DNA from: a virus
Taxonomy: Duplodnaviria; Caudoviricetes
DNA: 34,514 nt
Strand: one strand, 5' to 3'
Virus record (IMG/VR): IMGVR_UViG_3300032047_000058
Coordinates: 1-34,514 of that record
Made by a program: the position numbers and the translations under genes. The stretch's first letter is position 1. Every line of letters starts with the position of its first letter. Positions 25,196-33,699 of the stretch are shown one piece after another. The notes under the pieces were generated by a model. It was given only the letters and a program-made list of their open reading frames with translations. It made no database searches and was not told the DNA's origin.

Positions 25196-27051
25196 TGGCA
25201 ACTAATTCACAAGTAGTAAAAACAATTACTATACAATTAAATACCAAAGATTCTAAAATAAAGATAGATGGTATAACTAAGGGATTTGTAGAGGCTGGAC
25301 AAGCAGCGCAAAACTTTAGTGCTAAAGCATCACAAGGATTTGACGCATTAGCAACAGGAGCTAACAATGCTAGGAGTGCTACAGGTTCTGCATCTGCTAC
25401 TGTTTTAGAAGCGGGTAGAGTAGTTTCCGATTTTAACTACGGAATTAGAGGTGTGGCAAACAACCTTTCTCAGTTAGCAAACAACTTTGTTTTTACTGCA
25501 AAAAAAGCAGGTGGTTTTATGGCAGGTCTAAAGGATATTGGTCAAGCGTTTATGGGTCCTCTTGGAATTATACTCGCTATTAATGTAGCTATTGCTGCCC
25601 TAGAACGATGGTCTATGGAAAGTGAAAAAGCAAAAAAAGCTTCAGAGGGTTTTAACAAAAGTTTACAAAACGAAATAATAACTTTAAAAATTTATGAAGA
25701 AGCTTTGGCAGATGCTAACATTAGTCTACAAGAAAGAGTTGGTATTGTTAAAGGTCTTTCTAAATTAGACAAAAATTTGTCTGATAAGTTAAAAGATGCA
25801 GCAGGAGACACTGAAAAATTAACAAAAATAACTAAGGATTATTTAGCAGAAAAAGAAAGAGAGCTAGAGATAGATTTAAAAAGGCTAGAAATACAAGAGT
25901 TATACAATAAAAGACTTGAGCTAACAGCTAAAAAAACAAAAATTGAAGAAGAGATTGCTGACAAAACTACTGCTGACTTCGTAACGAGAAACGGAGACAG
26001 GGCGCAAATACTAGTGGACCAAGATAAAATAATAGCTGATTTAAGCGACACTCAATTAGAATACAATAATGCTGTGGAAGATTATCTCAAACTAATGTCT
26101 TTAACTAATCAAGAAGAAGAAAAAAGGGGTAAAAAGGCTAAAAAAACAACTAAAAAAGCAAAAGCACCTGTTTTTGATGCTATTTTTGATGTAGACTCTT
26201 TAATGGAAGGGTATGATGAAGCTAAAACAATGGAATTTGACTTGAGAAGAAGGTATTTAGAGTCAAGAGCGTTATTCTTTGATGAAGCTAGAATACAAGC
26301 ATCAGAGGCAAACAACAAAGTGTTGGAAGATGAAATAGCTCATAGAGAAAAAATGCTTCTTAACACCGACATGGGTTCTATAGAAAGGATAGAAGCAGAA
26401 AATGAGCTTTCTATAATGAGGATGGATTTAAAAGACCAAGAGTTAGAGCATGAAATAATGATTATAGAGGCTAGAAGAAATATTAATATGGAATATGTTT
26501 CTTTTATGAATGGTATTGGTACGGCTTTAGCATCAGCTTCTCAAAGAGGTAGTGCTTTGGCAACTGCAGCATTGATTATACAAAAAGGAGCGGCTATAGC
26601 ATCTATTGTTGTAGAGGCGCAAAGAAGTATTGCAGAAGCAACCTCAGCAACAGGTTCTGCAAATCAAAAAGTAGCAGATTTTTATGCCCCTGCTGGTCCT
26701 CTTGGAGTTGCACCAATGGCTGCACAAATTGCAGCAAATTCAGCTATGTTGGCAGCAAATAATAAAAGAACAAAAATAGGCGCTGCTATATCTATTGCAA
26801 ACATTTTAGCTACAACTATTGGTGGAAATAAAAACATAAAAGGAGCATCTTCATCAACAGCAGGTGGTGGAGGTGGTGGAGGTAGAACTTTTGATTTTAA
26901 TTTAGTAGGAAGCACAGGAACAAACCAATTAGCTGAAGCAGTAGGAGGTCAGTTCCAAGAACCAATACAAGCTTATGTAGTAAGTAATGAGATTACATCA
27001 CAACAAGAACTAGATTTACAAATACAAACAGGAGCATCACTTGGTGATTAA
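25195..27051 (+). CDS. Tape measure protein (short)
   Basis: 618 aa with Ala/Gly-rich ends, YGIRGVANNLSQL and MGPLGI, and a long charged coiled-coil centre. Confidence 0.75.
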   Translation: MATNSQVVKTITIQLNTKDSKIKIDGITKGFVEAGQAAQNFSAKASQGFDALATGANNARSATGSASATVLEAGRVVSDFNYGIRGVANNLSQLANNFVFTAKKAGGFMAGLKDIGQAFMGPLGIILAINVAIAALERWSMESEKAKKASEGFNKSLQNEIITLKIYEEALADANISLQERVGIVKGLSKLDKNLSDKLKDAAGDTEKLTKITKDYLAEKERELEIDLKRLEIQELYNKRLELTAKKTKIEEEIADKTTADFVTRNGDRAQILVDQDKIIADLSDTQLEYNNAVEDYLKLMSLTNQEEEKRGKKAKKTTKKAKAPVFDAIFDVDSLMEGYDEAKTMEFDLRRRYLESRALFFDEARIQASEANNKVLEDEIAHREKMLLNTDMGSIERIEAENELSIMRMDLKDQELEHEIMIIEARRNINMEYVSFMNGIGTALASASQRGSALATAALIIQKGAAIASIVVEAQRSIAEATSATGSANQKVADFYAPAGPLGVAPMAAQIAANSAMLAANNKRTKIGAAISIANILATTIGGNKNIKGASSSTAGGGGGGGRTFDFNLVGSTGTNQLAEAVGGQFQEPIQAYVVSNEITSQQELDLQIQTGASLGD

Positions 27052-27055
27052 TATA

Positions 27056-27082
27056 AAACAAATAATATAAAAATCGTTATCA
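27056..27082 (+). promoter_or_regulatory. Phage late promoter copy 3 (AAACA-N14-CGTTATCA)
   Basis: ATG 27087 lies 4 nt after the motif. Confidence 0.8.
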
Positions 27083-27086
27083 AATT

Positions 27087-28283
27087 ATGGAACAAGATAT
27101 TATAGAACTATTTATAGACGAAGAAAATGATTTTTCTGGTATAGAAGCAATTTCTATAGTAGAATATCCAGCAATAGAAGAAGACTTTATTGCTCTTAAA
27201 GAACAAACAGTACAGTTAGCAGAGGTAGATTCTGAGAAAAGAATCTTAATGGGTGCTGCATTAATACCTGACAAAAAGATATTTAGACAAAGTGGAGATA
27301 AAGAATACTTTATATACTTTTCTAAAGATACTGTTAGGAGAGCATCTGAGCTGTTTCTAACGAAGGGTAAACAAAACAACTCAACACTAGAACATGATGT
27401 AGAGTTAAAAGGATTAAGCGTAGTAGAAAGCTGGATTATAGAAGATGAGAAGAAAGACAAGTCTGCTAAGTACAATCTTAATTTACCTGTAGGAACTTGG
27501 ATGGTGTCTGTCAAGGTAAACAACGACCAGATATGGCAAGAGTTTGTAAAAGAAGGCAAGGTAAAAGGTTTTAGTATTGAGGGATTTTTTACAGACAAGC
27601 TTGATGAAAGACCAAGAGAAAGCGTAAAAGAAGAGATAGACTCTGAAGAGTTTGAAGCATTAGCTAAGATATTTGAACTAGAAGATATTGTGCTTTCACA
27701 ACTAGATGTAGAACTAGAAAGCTATAACGACTATCCTAAAGGAGCTAGAAATAATGCAAAGAGAGCATTAAAATATAAAGAAGAAAACGGTAGTAGTTGT
27801 GGAACACCAGTAGGATGGAGAAGAGCTTCACAATTAGCATCAGGTGCTAGTATCTCTCGTTCAACAATAGCTAGAATGGCAAGCTTTAAGAGACACCAAC
27901 AAAACAAAGACGTACCGTATTCAGAAGGATGTGGTGGTATTATGTGGGATGCTTGGGGTGGTAGTGCTGGTGTTAACTGGGCTATCAATAAACTAAAGCA
28001 AATAGATAAAAAGAAACTAGCTAAAGAATTTGTTCCTGTTAATGATGATTATATAATTATTGATAACAGATTGGCTTTTGCTACTAAAGAGATGGCTGAA
28101 GAGAAAGCAGCAGACTTAGGATGTGAGGGTTCTCATGAGCATGAGGTAGAAGGCAAGATATGGTTTATGCCTTGTCAAGAGCATTTATTACAAGAAGACC
28201 CTTGTCAAGAAGGATATACTCAATATGGTATGAAGAAGAAGAATGGTAGATTAGTTCCTAACTGTATACCTGATAAAAAGTAA
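27087..28283 (+). CDS. Prohead protease (XkdF-like) with multi-module C-terminal extension
   Basis: LEH, VVESWI, PVGTW and KGFSIEG protease motifs in the first ~170 aa, followed by three Cys-containing modules. Confidence 0.8.
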   Translation: MEQDIIELFIDEENDFSGIEAISIVEYPAIEEDFIALKEQTVQLAEVDSEKRILMGAALIPDKKIFRQSGDKEYFIYFSKDTVRRASELFLTKGKQNNSTLEHDVELKGLSVVESWIIEDEKKDKSAKYNLNLPVGTWMVSVKVNNDQIWQEFVKEGKVKGFSIEGFFTDKLDERPRESVKEEIDSEEFEALAKIFELEDIVLSQLDVELESYNDYPKGARNNAKRALKYKEENGSSCGTPVGWRRASQLASGASISRSTIARMASFKRHQQNKDVPYSEGCGGIMWDAWGGSAGVNWAINKLKQIDKKKLAKEFVPVNDDYIIIDNRLAFATKEMAEEKAADLGCEGSHEHEVEGKIWFMPCQEHLLQEDPCQEGYTQYGMKKKNGRLVPNCIPDKK

Positions 28284-28402
28284 TGCCTAGAAAAGTAGTA
28301 AGCACATATAGAAAGAACAAGAGAAAGTCTCATCCTCATAGCAAAAATGCAAGCGTAGGACAAAAGGGATATAAAAAGAAATATAAAGGACAAGGTAGAT
28401 GA
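28283..28402 (+). CDS. 39 aa highly basic peptide ending YKGQGR (not in ORF track)
   Basis: MPRKVVSTYRKNKRKSHPHSKNASVGQKGYKKKYKGQGR; coupled on both sides. Confidence 0.7.
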   Translation: MPRKVVSTYRKNKRKSHPHSKNASVGQKGYKKKYKGQGR

Positions 28403-28545
28403 AAAAAACACCAAGTAGAACAAGTCCAACAGGCAAAAAGAGAGGCTGTTTATGCAAAGACGGAACGTACAGTAGTAAATGCTGTGATGGAAGTTTACAA
28501 GCACAAGGTATTGGAACTTTAACAGGACAAGGGACAACTCCATAA
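28399..28545 (+). CDS. 48 aa Cys-rich peptide (not in ORF track)
   Basis: MKKTPSRTSPTGKKRGCLCKDGTYSSKCCDGSLQAQGIGTLTGQGTTP. Confidence 0.7.
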   Translation: MKKTPSRTSPTGKKRGCLCKDGTYSSKCCDGSLQAQGIGTLTGQGTTP

Positions 28546-28556
28546 CCTTGAAAATG

Positions 28557-28583
28557 AAACAGATATTTTATTAATCGTTATCA
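28557..28583 (+). promoter_or_regulatory. Phage late promoter copy 4 (AAACA-N14-CGTTATCA)
   Basis: 16 nt before the scaffold ATG; the only sense copy with a leader. Confidence 0.8.
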
Positions 28584-28599
28584 AATTAAATAATTATTT

Positions 28600-29085
28600 A
28601 TGAAAGCAACAGAAATTATTAAAAAGTTCAAAGAAGTATTACTTTCTGCTGAGACCGAAGAAGAGACTCCTGTACAAGAGGAGCTTTCTGCTGAAGTTAA
28701 AGAGGAAGTTACTGAAGAGCAGGTAGAACTTGCTCAAGATGAAACAGTAGAAGAAGGTTCTACGGAAGAATTGGCTGAAGAAGAAGTTGAAGAAGAAGTA
28801 ATTGAAGAAGCACCAGAAGAAATTTACGCTACAAAAGAAGAATTAAACAAAGTAGTAGCTGAATTTAAAGCTATGTATGAGCAAATGATGGATGGAATGG
28901 GTCAGGAGGAAGCTTCTGATGCACCTGAAGAATTAAGCTCAGACAAAGTTGAACTTTCTGAGGAAGCTGAAGCAATCTCTCATTCACCTGAAGCAGAGGT
29001 AGATTCAAAACCAATGAATTTATATTCTCAAAACCGTCCTATGACGACACAACAAAGAGTATTTAACAAATTATTTAACAATTAA
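28600..29085 (+). CDS. Putative capsid scaffolding protein
   Basis: Extremely Glu-rich 161 aa protein immediately before the capsid gene. Confidence 0.7.
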   Translation: MKATEIIKKFKEVLLSAETEEETPVQEELSAEVKEEVTEEQVELAQDETVEEGSTEELAEEEVEEEVIEEAPEEIYATKEELNKVVAEFKAMYEQMMDGMGQEEASDAPEELSSDKVELSEEAEAISHSPEAEVDSKPMNLYSQNRPMTTQQRVFNKLFNN

Positions 29086-29095
29086 TTAATTAATT

Positions 29096-30022
29096 ATGGC
29101 AACAACAACAAGTATAACAAGTACTTACGCAGGAGAATTTGCTGGCAAGTATATCGCTGCAGCTCTTCTTTCTTCTTCTACTATCGATAATGGTGGAATT
29201 GAAGTAAAACCAAACATTAAATTTAAGGAAGTCATTAAGAAATTAGCTACTGGAGACCTAGTTGCTAACGCTTCTTGTGATTTCGCTGCTACTTCTTCTG
29301 TTACATTAACAGAAAGAATTATTCAGCCAGAAGAATTTCAAGTAAACTTACAGTTATGTAAGAAAGACTTCGTCTCAGATTGGGAAGCTGTCTCTATGGG
29401 ATATTCTGCATTTGACACATTACCTAAGAATTTCCAAGATTTCTTATTAGCTCATGTAATCGCTAAAGTAGCTGAGAAAAACGAACACGCAATCTGGCAA
29501 GGTGCTAACGCTACTGCTGGTGAGTTTGACGGATTCACAGTATTAGCTGCTGCTGATTCAGACGTAGTAGATGTAACAGGAACAACTGTAACTGCTGCAA
29601 ACGTAATCGCTGAGCTTGGTAAGATTGTAGATGCTATTCCTTCTACTATCTATGGAAAAGAAGATTTATACATCTATGTATCTCAAAACATTGCTAGAGC
29701 TTATGTAAGAGCTTTAGGTGGATTTGGAGCTTCTGGATTAGGTGCTGCAGGTACAAACAATATGGGTACACAATGGTGGAATAATGGTTCATTATCTTTT
29801 GATGGTGTTAAATTATTCGTAGCTAACGGATTACCTGATAATGATGCAATGGCAGCTCAAAAATCAAACTTATACTTCGGTACTGGTTTATTATCAGACC
29901 ACAATGAAGTAAAAGTAATTGACATGGCAGATATTGATGGTTCTCAAAATGTAAGAATCGTTATGAGATATACTGCTGGTGTACAGTACGGATTAGGTTC
30001 AGAAATCGTTTACTATACATAA
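29096..30022 (+). CDS. Major capsid protein
   Basis: 308 aa with strongly biased codons, IWQG...FDG, located between the scaffold and a terminator. Confidence 0.85.
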   Translation: MATTTSITSTYAGEFAGKYIAAALLSSSTIDNGGIEVKPNIKFKEVIKKLATGDLVANASCDFAATSSVTLTERIIQPEEFQVNLQLCKKDFVSDWEAVSMGYSAFDTLPKNFQDFLLAHVIAKVAEKNEHAIWQGANATAGEFDGFTVLAAADSDVVDVTGTTVTAANVIAELGKIVDAIPSTIYGKEDLYIYVSQNIARAYVRALGGFGASGLGAAGTNNMGTQWWNNGSLSFDGVKLFVANGLPDNDAMAAQKSNLYFGTGLLSDHNEVKVIDMADIDGSQNVRIVMRYTAGVQYGLGSEIVYYT

Positions 30023-30050
30023 TAGTTAAATAAGTATTAACAATAAAACA

Positions 30051-30081
30051 GGGTGGGTGGAAATTCTACCTACCCTTTTTT
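30051..30081 (+). terminator. Rho-independent terminator
   Basis: GGGTGGGTGGA / TCTACCTACCC stem followed by T6. Confidence 0.85.
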
Positions 30082-30099
30082 AATAAAAACAATTAAATT

Positions 30100-30678
30100 A
30101 TGGCTTGTGATATATCAAAAGGGAGATTAGAGGCGTGTAAAGAATCCGTAGGTGGTATTAAAAACTTATACATTGGAAACTACACTTCTGCTATGTATGC
30201 TGGTATGGCTGACTCTGCTTCTGTAGCACCATCAGGTTCTGCATTTAACGGTCAAGTAGACACTTTAACTGCTGGAGTACAGGTATACAAATTTGAAGTA
30301 AGAGGAGACAACAATACGTTTGAAGAAACTAATGAAAATTCAAGAGATAACGGAACATCTTTCTGGACACAATCAGGAAGTTTTGTTATTAAGGCTCAGA
30401 ATGCTGAGACTATGATGCAATTAAAGTTATTATCTTACGGTAGACCTCATATTATCATTGAAGATTACAATGGTAAATTTAGGATTGCTGGCGCACAAAA
30501 CGGAGTAGAAGTATCTGTGAATACATCTACTGGTGGTGCAATGGGAGATTTATATGGTTATACAATTTCTTTCGAAGGAAAAGAAGTCCTTCCATCTCTA
30601 TTTGTTCTAAGTACTTTAGTTGGAGAAGGCGTTAGTGCTGGATTTGACGTACAGACTTCAAATATGAGTAACGAATAA
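30100..30678 (+). CDS. Putative major tail tube protein
   Basis: 192 aa: MACDISKGR..CK.SVGGIK, ENGT-like DNGTSFWTQ, TGGAMGDLYGYTISF; flanked by terminators. Confidence 0.65.
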   Translation: MACDISKGRLEACKESVGGIKNLYIGNYTSAMYAGMADSASVAPSGSAFNGQVDTLTAGVQVYKFEVRGDNNTFEETNENSRDNGTSFWTQSGSFVIKAQNAETMMQLKLLSYGRPHIIIEDYNGKFRIAGAQNGVEVSVNTSTGGAMGDLYGYTISFEGKEVLPSLFVLSTLVGEGVSAGFDVQTSNMSNE

Positions 30679-30702
30679 TACTTCCTTTATTATTATTCAA
30701 TT

Positions 30703-30732
30703 AAAAGGGTAGATTTCGGTCTACCCTTTTTT
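30703..30732 (+). terminator. Rho-independent terminator (possibly bidirectional)
   Basis: AAAAGGGTAGAT-ttcg-GTCTACCCTTTT followed by further Ts. Confidence 0.9.
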
Positions 30733-30738
30733 ATTATA

Positions 30739-30765
30739 AAACAAAAAATAGTTTTTACGTTATCA
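30739..30765 (+). promoter_or_regulatory. Phage late promoter copy 5 (AAACA-N14-CGTTATCA)
   Basis: Directly after a terminator. ATG 30770 lies 4 nt after the motif. Confidence 0.8.
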
Positions 30766-30769
30766 TATT

Positions 30770-31192
30770 ATGATAGTTATTAATGCAGCAGAGACACAGA
30801 CATTTAACATAATACCTAGAGATGGTGTTGTAGAATACACTACTCAAGAGGACGGAACTATTACTCTTGATGCTAATAAGCTTACTGTTAAGTTTGTGGA
30901 AGAAGAAACCAATAATGGTGCTAGTTTTTTAAATTTAGTAAGTACTAAATATCCTAACTATTTAGCTTTAGAAGTAACAGCAACAGTAAATACATTTAGG
31001 AAGAACTTTAATTACTTTATGGAGATAAAAAACAATACTACTGGAAAGCTTTTTTATAGAGATAGACTTTTAGTATTAACTGACAATGATGTGCCTTATA
31101 ACAATACGGCTATTCATTCTATTGATGCAGGTGAATACGAGCCTTTTACTGGTTCTTCTAGCGATAACGAATATATTATATTAAATGATTAA
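30770..31192 (+). CDS. Hypothetical structural protein
   Basis: 140 aa beta-rich ORF overlapping the portal start. Confidence 0.65.
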   Translation: MIVINAAETQTFNIIPRDGVVEYTTQEDGTITLDANKLTVKFVEEETNNGASFLNLVSTKYPNYLALEVTATVNTFRKNFNYFMEIKNNTTGKLFYRDRLLVLTDNDVPYNNTAIHSIDAGEYEPFTGSSSDNEYIILND

Positions 31193-32921
31193 TAAAGAAA
31201 AAAATAATTCAATAAGAGTAGTAAACTTGTCTGGTTACGAGATACCAGAGGTAAAAGAGGTTTACAATAAGAAGTGGATTTCTTATGGAGAGAACAACGA
31301 CTACTTCGACATACTTATTGAAAGGTATTTAGGCTCACCTACTAACAGTAGATGTATCAACGGTATTGTTGATATGGTTTATGGTAGAGGATTAGAGGCT
31401 ACAGATAGTGCAGAGTTTCCTGAAATGTACGCTAAGTTCAAGGTATTGATTAGACCTAAAGATGTAAAGAGAGTATCTAATGATTACAAGATGTTAGGTC
31501 AAGCAGCTATGCAAGTAGTATACAACAAGTCTAAAACCAAAATAATAAAAGTATTACACTTTCCTATGGAGTGTTTACGAGCAGAGAAGTGTGATGCAAA
31601 AGGGGTTATCAGAGCTTATTACTATCATCCAAAGTGGGCTGAGATAAAGCCAAGCGATACACCTAAGAGAATCCCTACATTTGGGAATGGTGCAAAGAGT
31701 GAAAAATCAGAGCTATATATATTCAAGCCTTACAGAAGTGGCTTTTATTATTATGCTCCTGTTGATTATCATGGATGTTTACAATATTGTTCTTTAGAAG
31801 AAGAAGTAAGTAATTATCACATCAGTAACATAAAGCAAGGATTACAGCCTAGCTTACTAATAAACTTTAATAATGGGATTCCTAATGAGGAAACTCAAGA
31901 GATTATTGAAAGAAAAATATATGACAAATTTAGTGGCAGTTCTAATGCAGGCAAATTCATACTGGCATTTAACGAATCTATAGAAACTAAAGCAGACCTA
32001 GAACCTATTCACTTACCAGATGCTCATGCGCAATATCAGTTCTTATCTGATGAGAGCAGAGAGAAGATTATGTTAGGTCATGGTATTGTATCTCCTATTC
32101 TTTTGGGGATAAAAGACAATACAGGGTTTGGGAATAACGCAGAAGAGTTAAGAACTGCTTCTATATTGATGGACAATATTGTTATTAGACCGTTCCAAGA
32201 AGGAATTATAGAAGGTATTAATGACATACTAAACTTTAACAAGATATACTTGAGTTTATACTTTGTAACTCTACAACCGATTGAGTTTACAGAGCTAGAC
32301 AACATCTCTACAAGAGTTAAGAGAGAAGAAGAAACAGGAGAGAAGTTAAGCTCAGATGAAGTAACAGATTTTAGTGATGAAGAAGGAGATGACCTTTTGG
32401 AGCAATTAGAGGCTCTAGGAGAGCGTATCTCTGACGATTGGGAGCTTATACATTCCGAAAAGGTAAACGACTCGGAAAAGGGCTTTAATTTGGATAATTT
32501 GGCAGATATTAAGTCTGCTCCTAACAAGAAGTCTAAACAGGATAGAGGAATATATAAAGTAAGATATGCTTATATGCCTGTAAGAAAGTCTCCTAATAGT
32601 AGAGAATTTTGTAAAAGAATGGAATTATATACTCAGGACAATATTGTATTCAGAAAAGAAGATATTGGCACAATGAGTTTTAGAGGTGTAAACAGAAAGC
32701 TTGGACACAAAGGTAGAAACTATTCTCTGTTTAAATACAAGGGTGGTAAAAACTGTAAGCATTACTGGGAGCTAAGAGTGTATAAAAAGAAAGTATCTGA
32801 TGATGCAAAGATTAGTGTTAATCAAGCAACAAAGGATGGATTTGTAGAACCTAATAATCCTTCAGAGGTATCTGTTAGACCAGCAGATATGCCGAACTCA
32901 GGAGCTTATCCAAATAGTTAA
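31185..32921 (+). CDS. Portal protein with basic C-terminal extension
   Basis: YGENNDY, FSGSSNAGK, IMLGHGIVSP.LLG and VIRPFQ portal-like motifs, then an acidic linker and a basic SREFC...GGKNCKHYW domain. Confidence 0.8.
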   Translation: MINKEKNNSIRVVNLSGYEIPEVKEVYNKKWISYGENNDYFDILIERYLGSPTNSRCINGIVDMVYGRGLEATDSAEFPEMYAKFKVLIRPKDVKRVSNDYKMLGQAAMQVVYNKSKTKIIKVLHFPMECLRAEKCDAKGVIRAYYYHPKWAEIKPSDTPKRIPTFGNGAKSEKSELYIFKPYRSGFYYYAPVDYHGCLQYCSLEEEVSNYHISNIKQGLQPSLLINFNNGIPNEETQEIIERKIYDKFSGSSNAGKFILAFNESIETKADLEPIHLPDAHAQYQFLSDESREKIMLGHGIVSPILLGIKDNTGFGNNAEELRTASILMDNIVIRPFQEGIIEGINDILNFNKIYLSLYFVTLQPIEFTELDNISTRVKREEETGEKLSSDEVTDFSDEEGDDLLEQLEALGERISDDWELIHSEKVNDSEKGFNLDNLADIKSAPNKKSKQDRGIYKVRYAYMPVRKSPNSREFCKRMELYTQDNIVFRKEDIGTMSFRGVNRKLGHKGRNYSLFKYKGGKNCKHYWELRVYKKKVSDDAKISVNQATKDGFVEPNNPSEVSVRPADMPNSGAYPNS

Positions 32922-32925
32922 GATT

Positions 32926-33441
32926 ATGGCAAAAGCATTATTTATAACAGTAATAGACTTAAAGAGAAAATCCATAATAGATGGGAACTTAGATGCTGAT
33001 AAGGTAATTCAGTTTATTGAGGTAGCACAAGATACTCACATACAAAACTATTTAGGAACAGATTTATATAATAAACTACAAACATTAATAACAACAGGTA
33101 ACGATATAAATAATCCTGCTAACGCACATTACAAATCATTATTAACAACTTATATAAAGCCAATGTTAATATGGTTTACACAAAGTAATTATCTTCCGTT
33201 TGCTATGTATCAAATAGGTAATGGAGGAGTATTTAAACATAGAAGTGAGAACTCTGATTCTGTAACACAAGAAGAGGTTGCAATGCTGATAAACAAGGTT
33301 TCAGAAACAGCAGAGTTTTATACTAGAAGGTTTATTGATTACATGACTTATAACTCGACATTATATCCAGAATATAATTCTAACTCTAATGAAGATATGT
33401 ACCCTGACAAGGATGTTAATTTTCATAGCTGGGTTCTTTAA
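32926..33441 (+). CDS. Putative head-tail adaptor
   Basis: 171 aa helical protein (AQD..I...LGTDLY, YIKPML) right after the portal. Confidence 0.6.
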   Translation: MAKALFITVIDLKRKSIIDGNLDADKVIQFIEVAQDTHIQNYLGTDLYNKLQTLITTGNDINNPANAHYKSLLTTYIKPMLIWFTQSNYLPFAMYQIGNGGVFKHRSENSDSVTQEEVAMLINKVSETAEFYTRRFIDYMTYNSTLYPEYNSNSNEDMYPDKDVNFHSWVL

Positions 33442-33443
33442 TT

Positions 33444-33584
33444 ATGAGCATGTACAAACCGAAAAAGATTAATGTTGAAAAACTAAAACAATATTTAAAA
33501 CGACAAGAAAAAGATGGCGAATACAATAGATTGGGGAAAAGCATACAGCGAGAGTTATTGGGGGAACGCAACCTCAACGATTGA
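33444..33584 (+). CDS. 46 aa hypothetical protein (not in ORF track)
   Basis: MSMYKPKKINVEKLKQYLKR...; starts just after the previous stop and overlaps the next ORF. Confidence 0.45.
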   Translation: MSMYKPKKINVEKLKQYLKRQEKDGEYNRLGKSIQRELLGERNLND

Positions 33585-33696
33585 TTGGGCAGACGTATAT
33601 CAAATAGAGTACCACACTTCTGATTTAAATAGGAGAGTGCAAATATACGAGAACAACACAATGACAATACAACTATTAGAAAACTTAGAAGATTAA
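33514..33696 (+). CDS. 60 aa hypothetical protein with repeated TIDW motif
   Basis: MANTIDWGKAYSESYWGNATSTIDWADVY... Confidence 0.65.
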   Translation: MANTIDWGKAYSESYWGNATSTIDWADVYQIEYHTSDLNRRVQIYENNTMTIQLLENLED

Positions 33697-33699
33697 GAT

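Noticed and set aside
26863-26883. GGTGGTGGA repeat
   Set aside because: It simply encodes a Gly7 linker in the tape measure protein.
30346-31169. Minus-strand CGTTATC at 30346-52 and 31163-69 as late promoters
   Set aside because: Both lack AAACA at the conserved distance and lie within genes.
1012-33667. All minus-strand ORFs in the track
   Set aside because: They shadow well-supported plus-strand genes and have antisense-like composition (S/L/F/I-rich) with no motifs.
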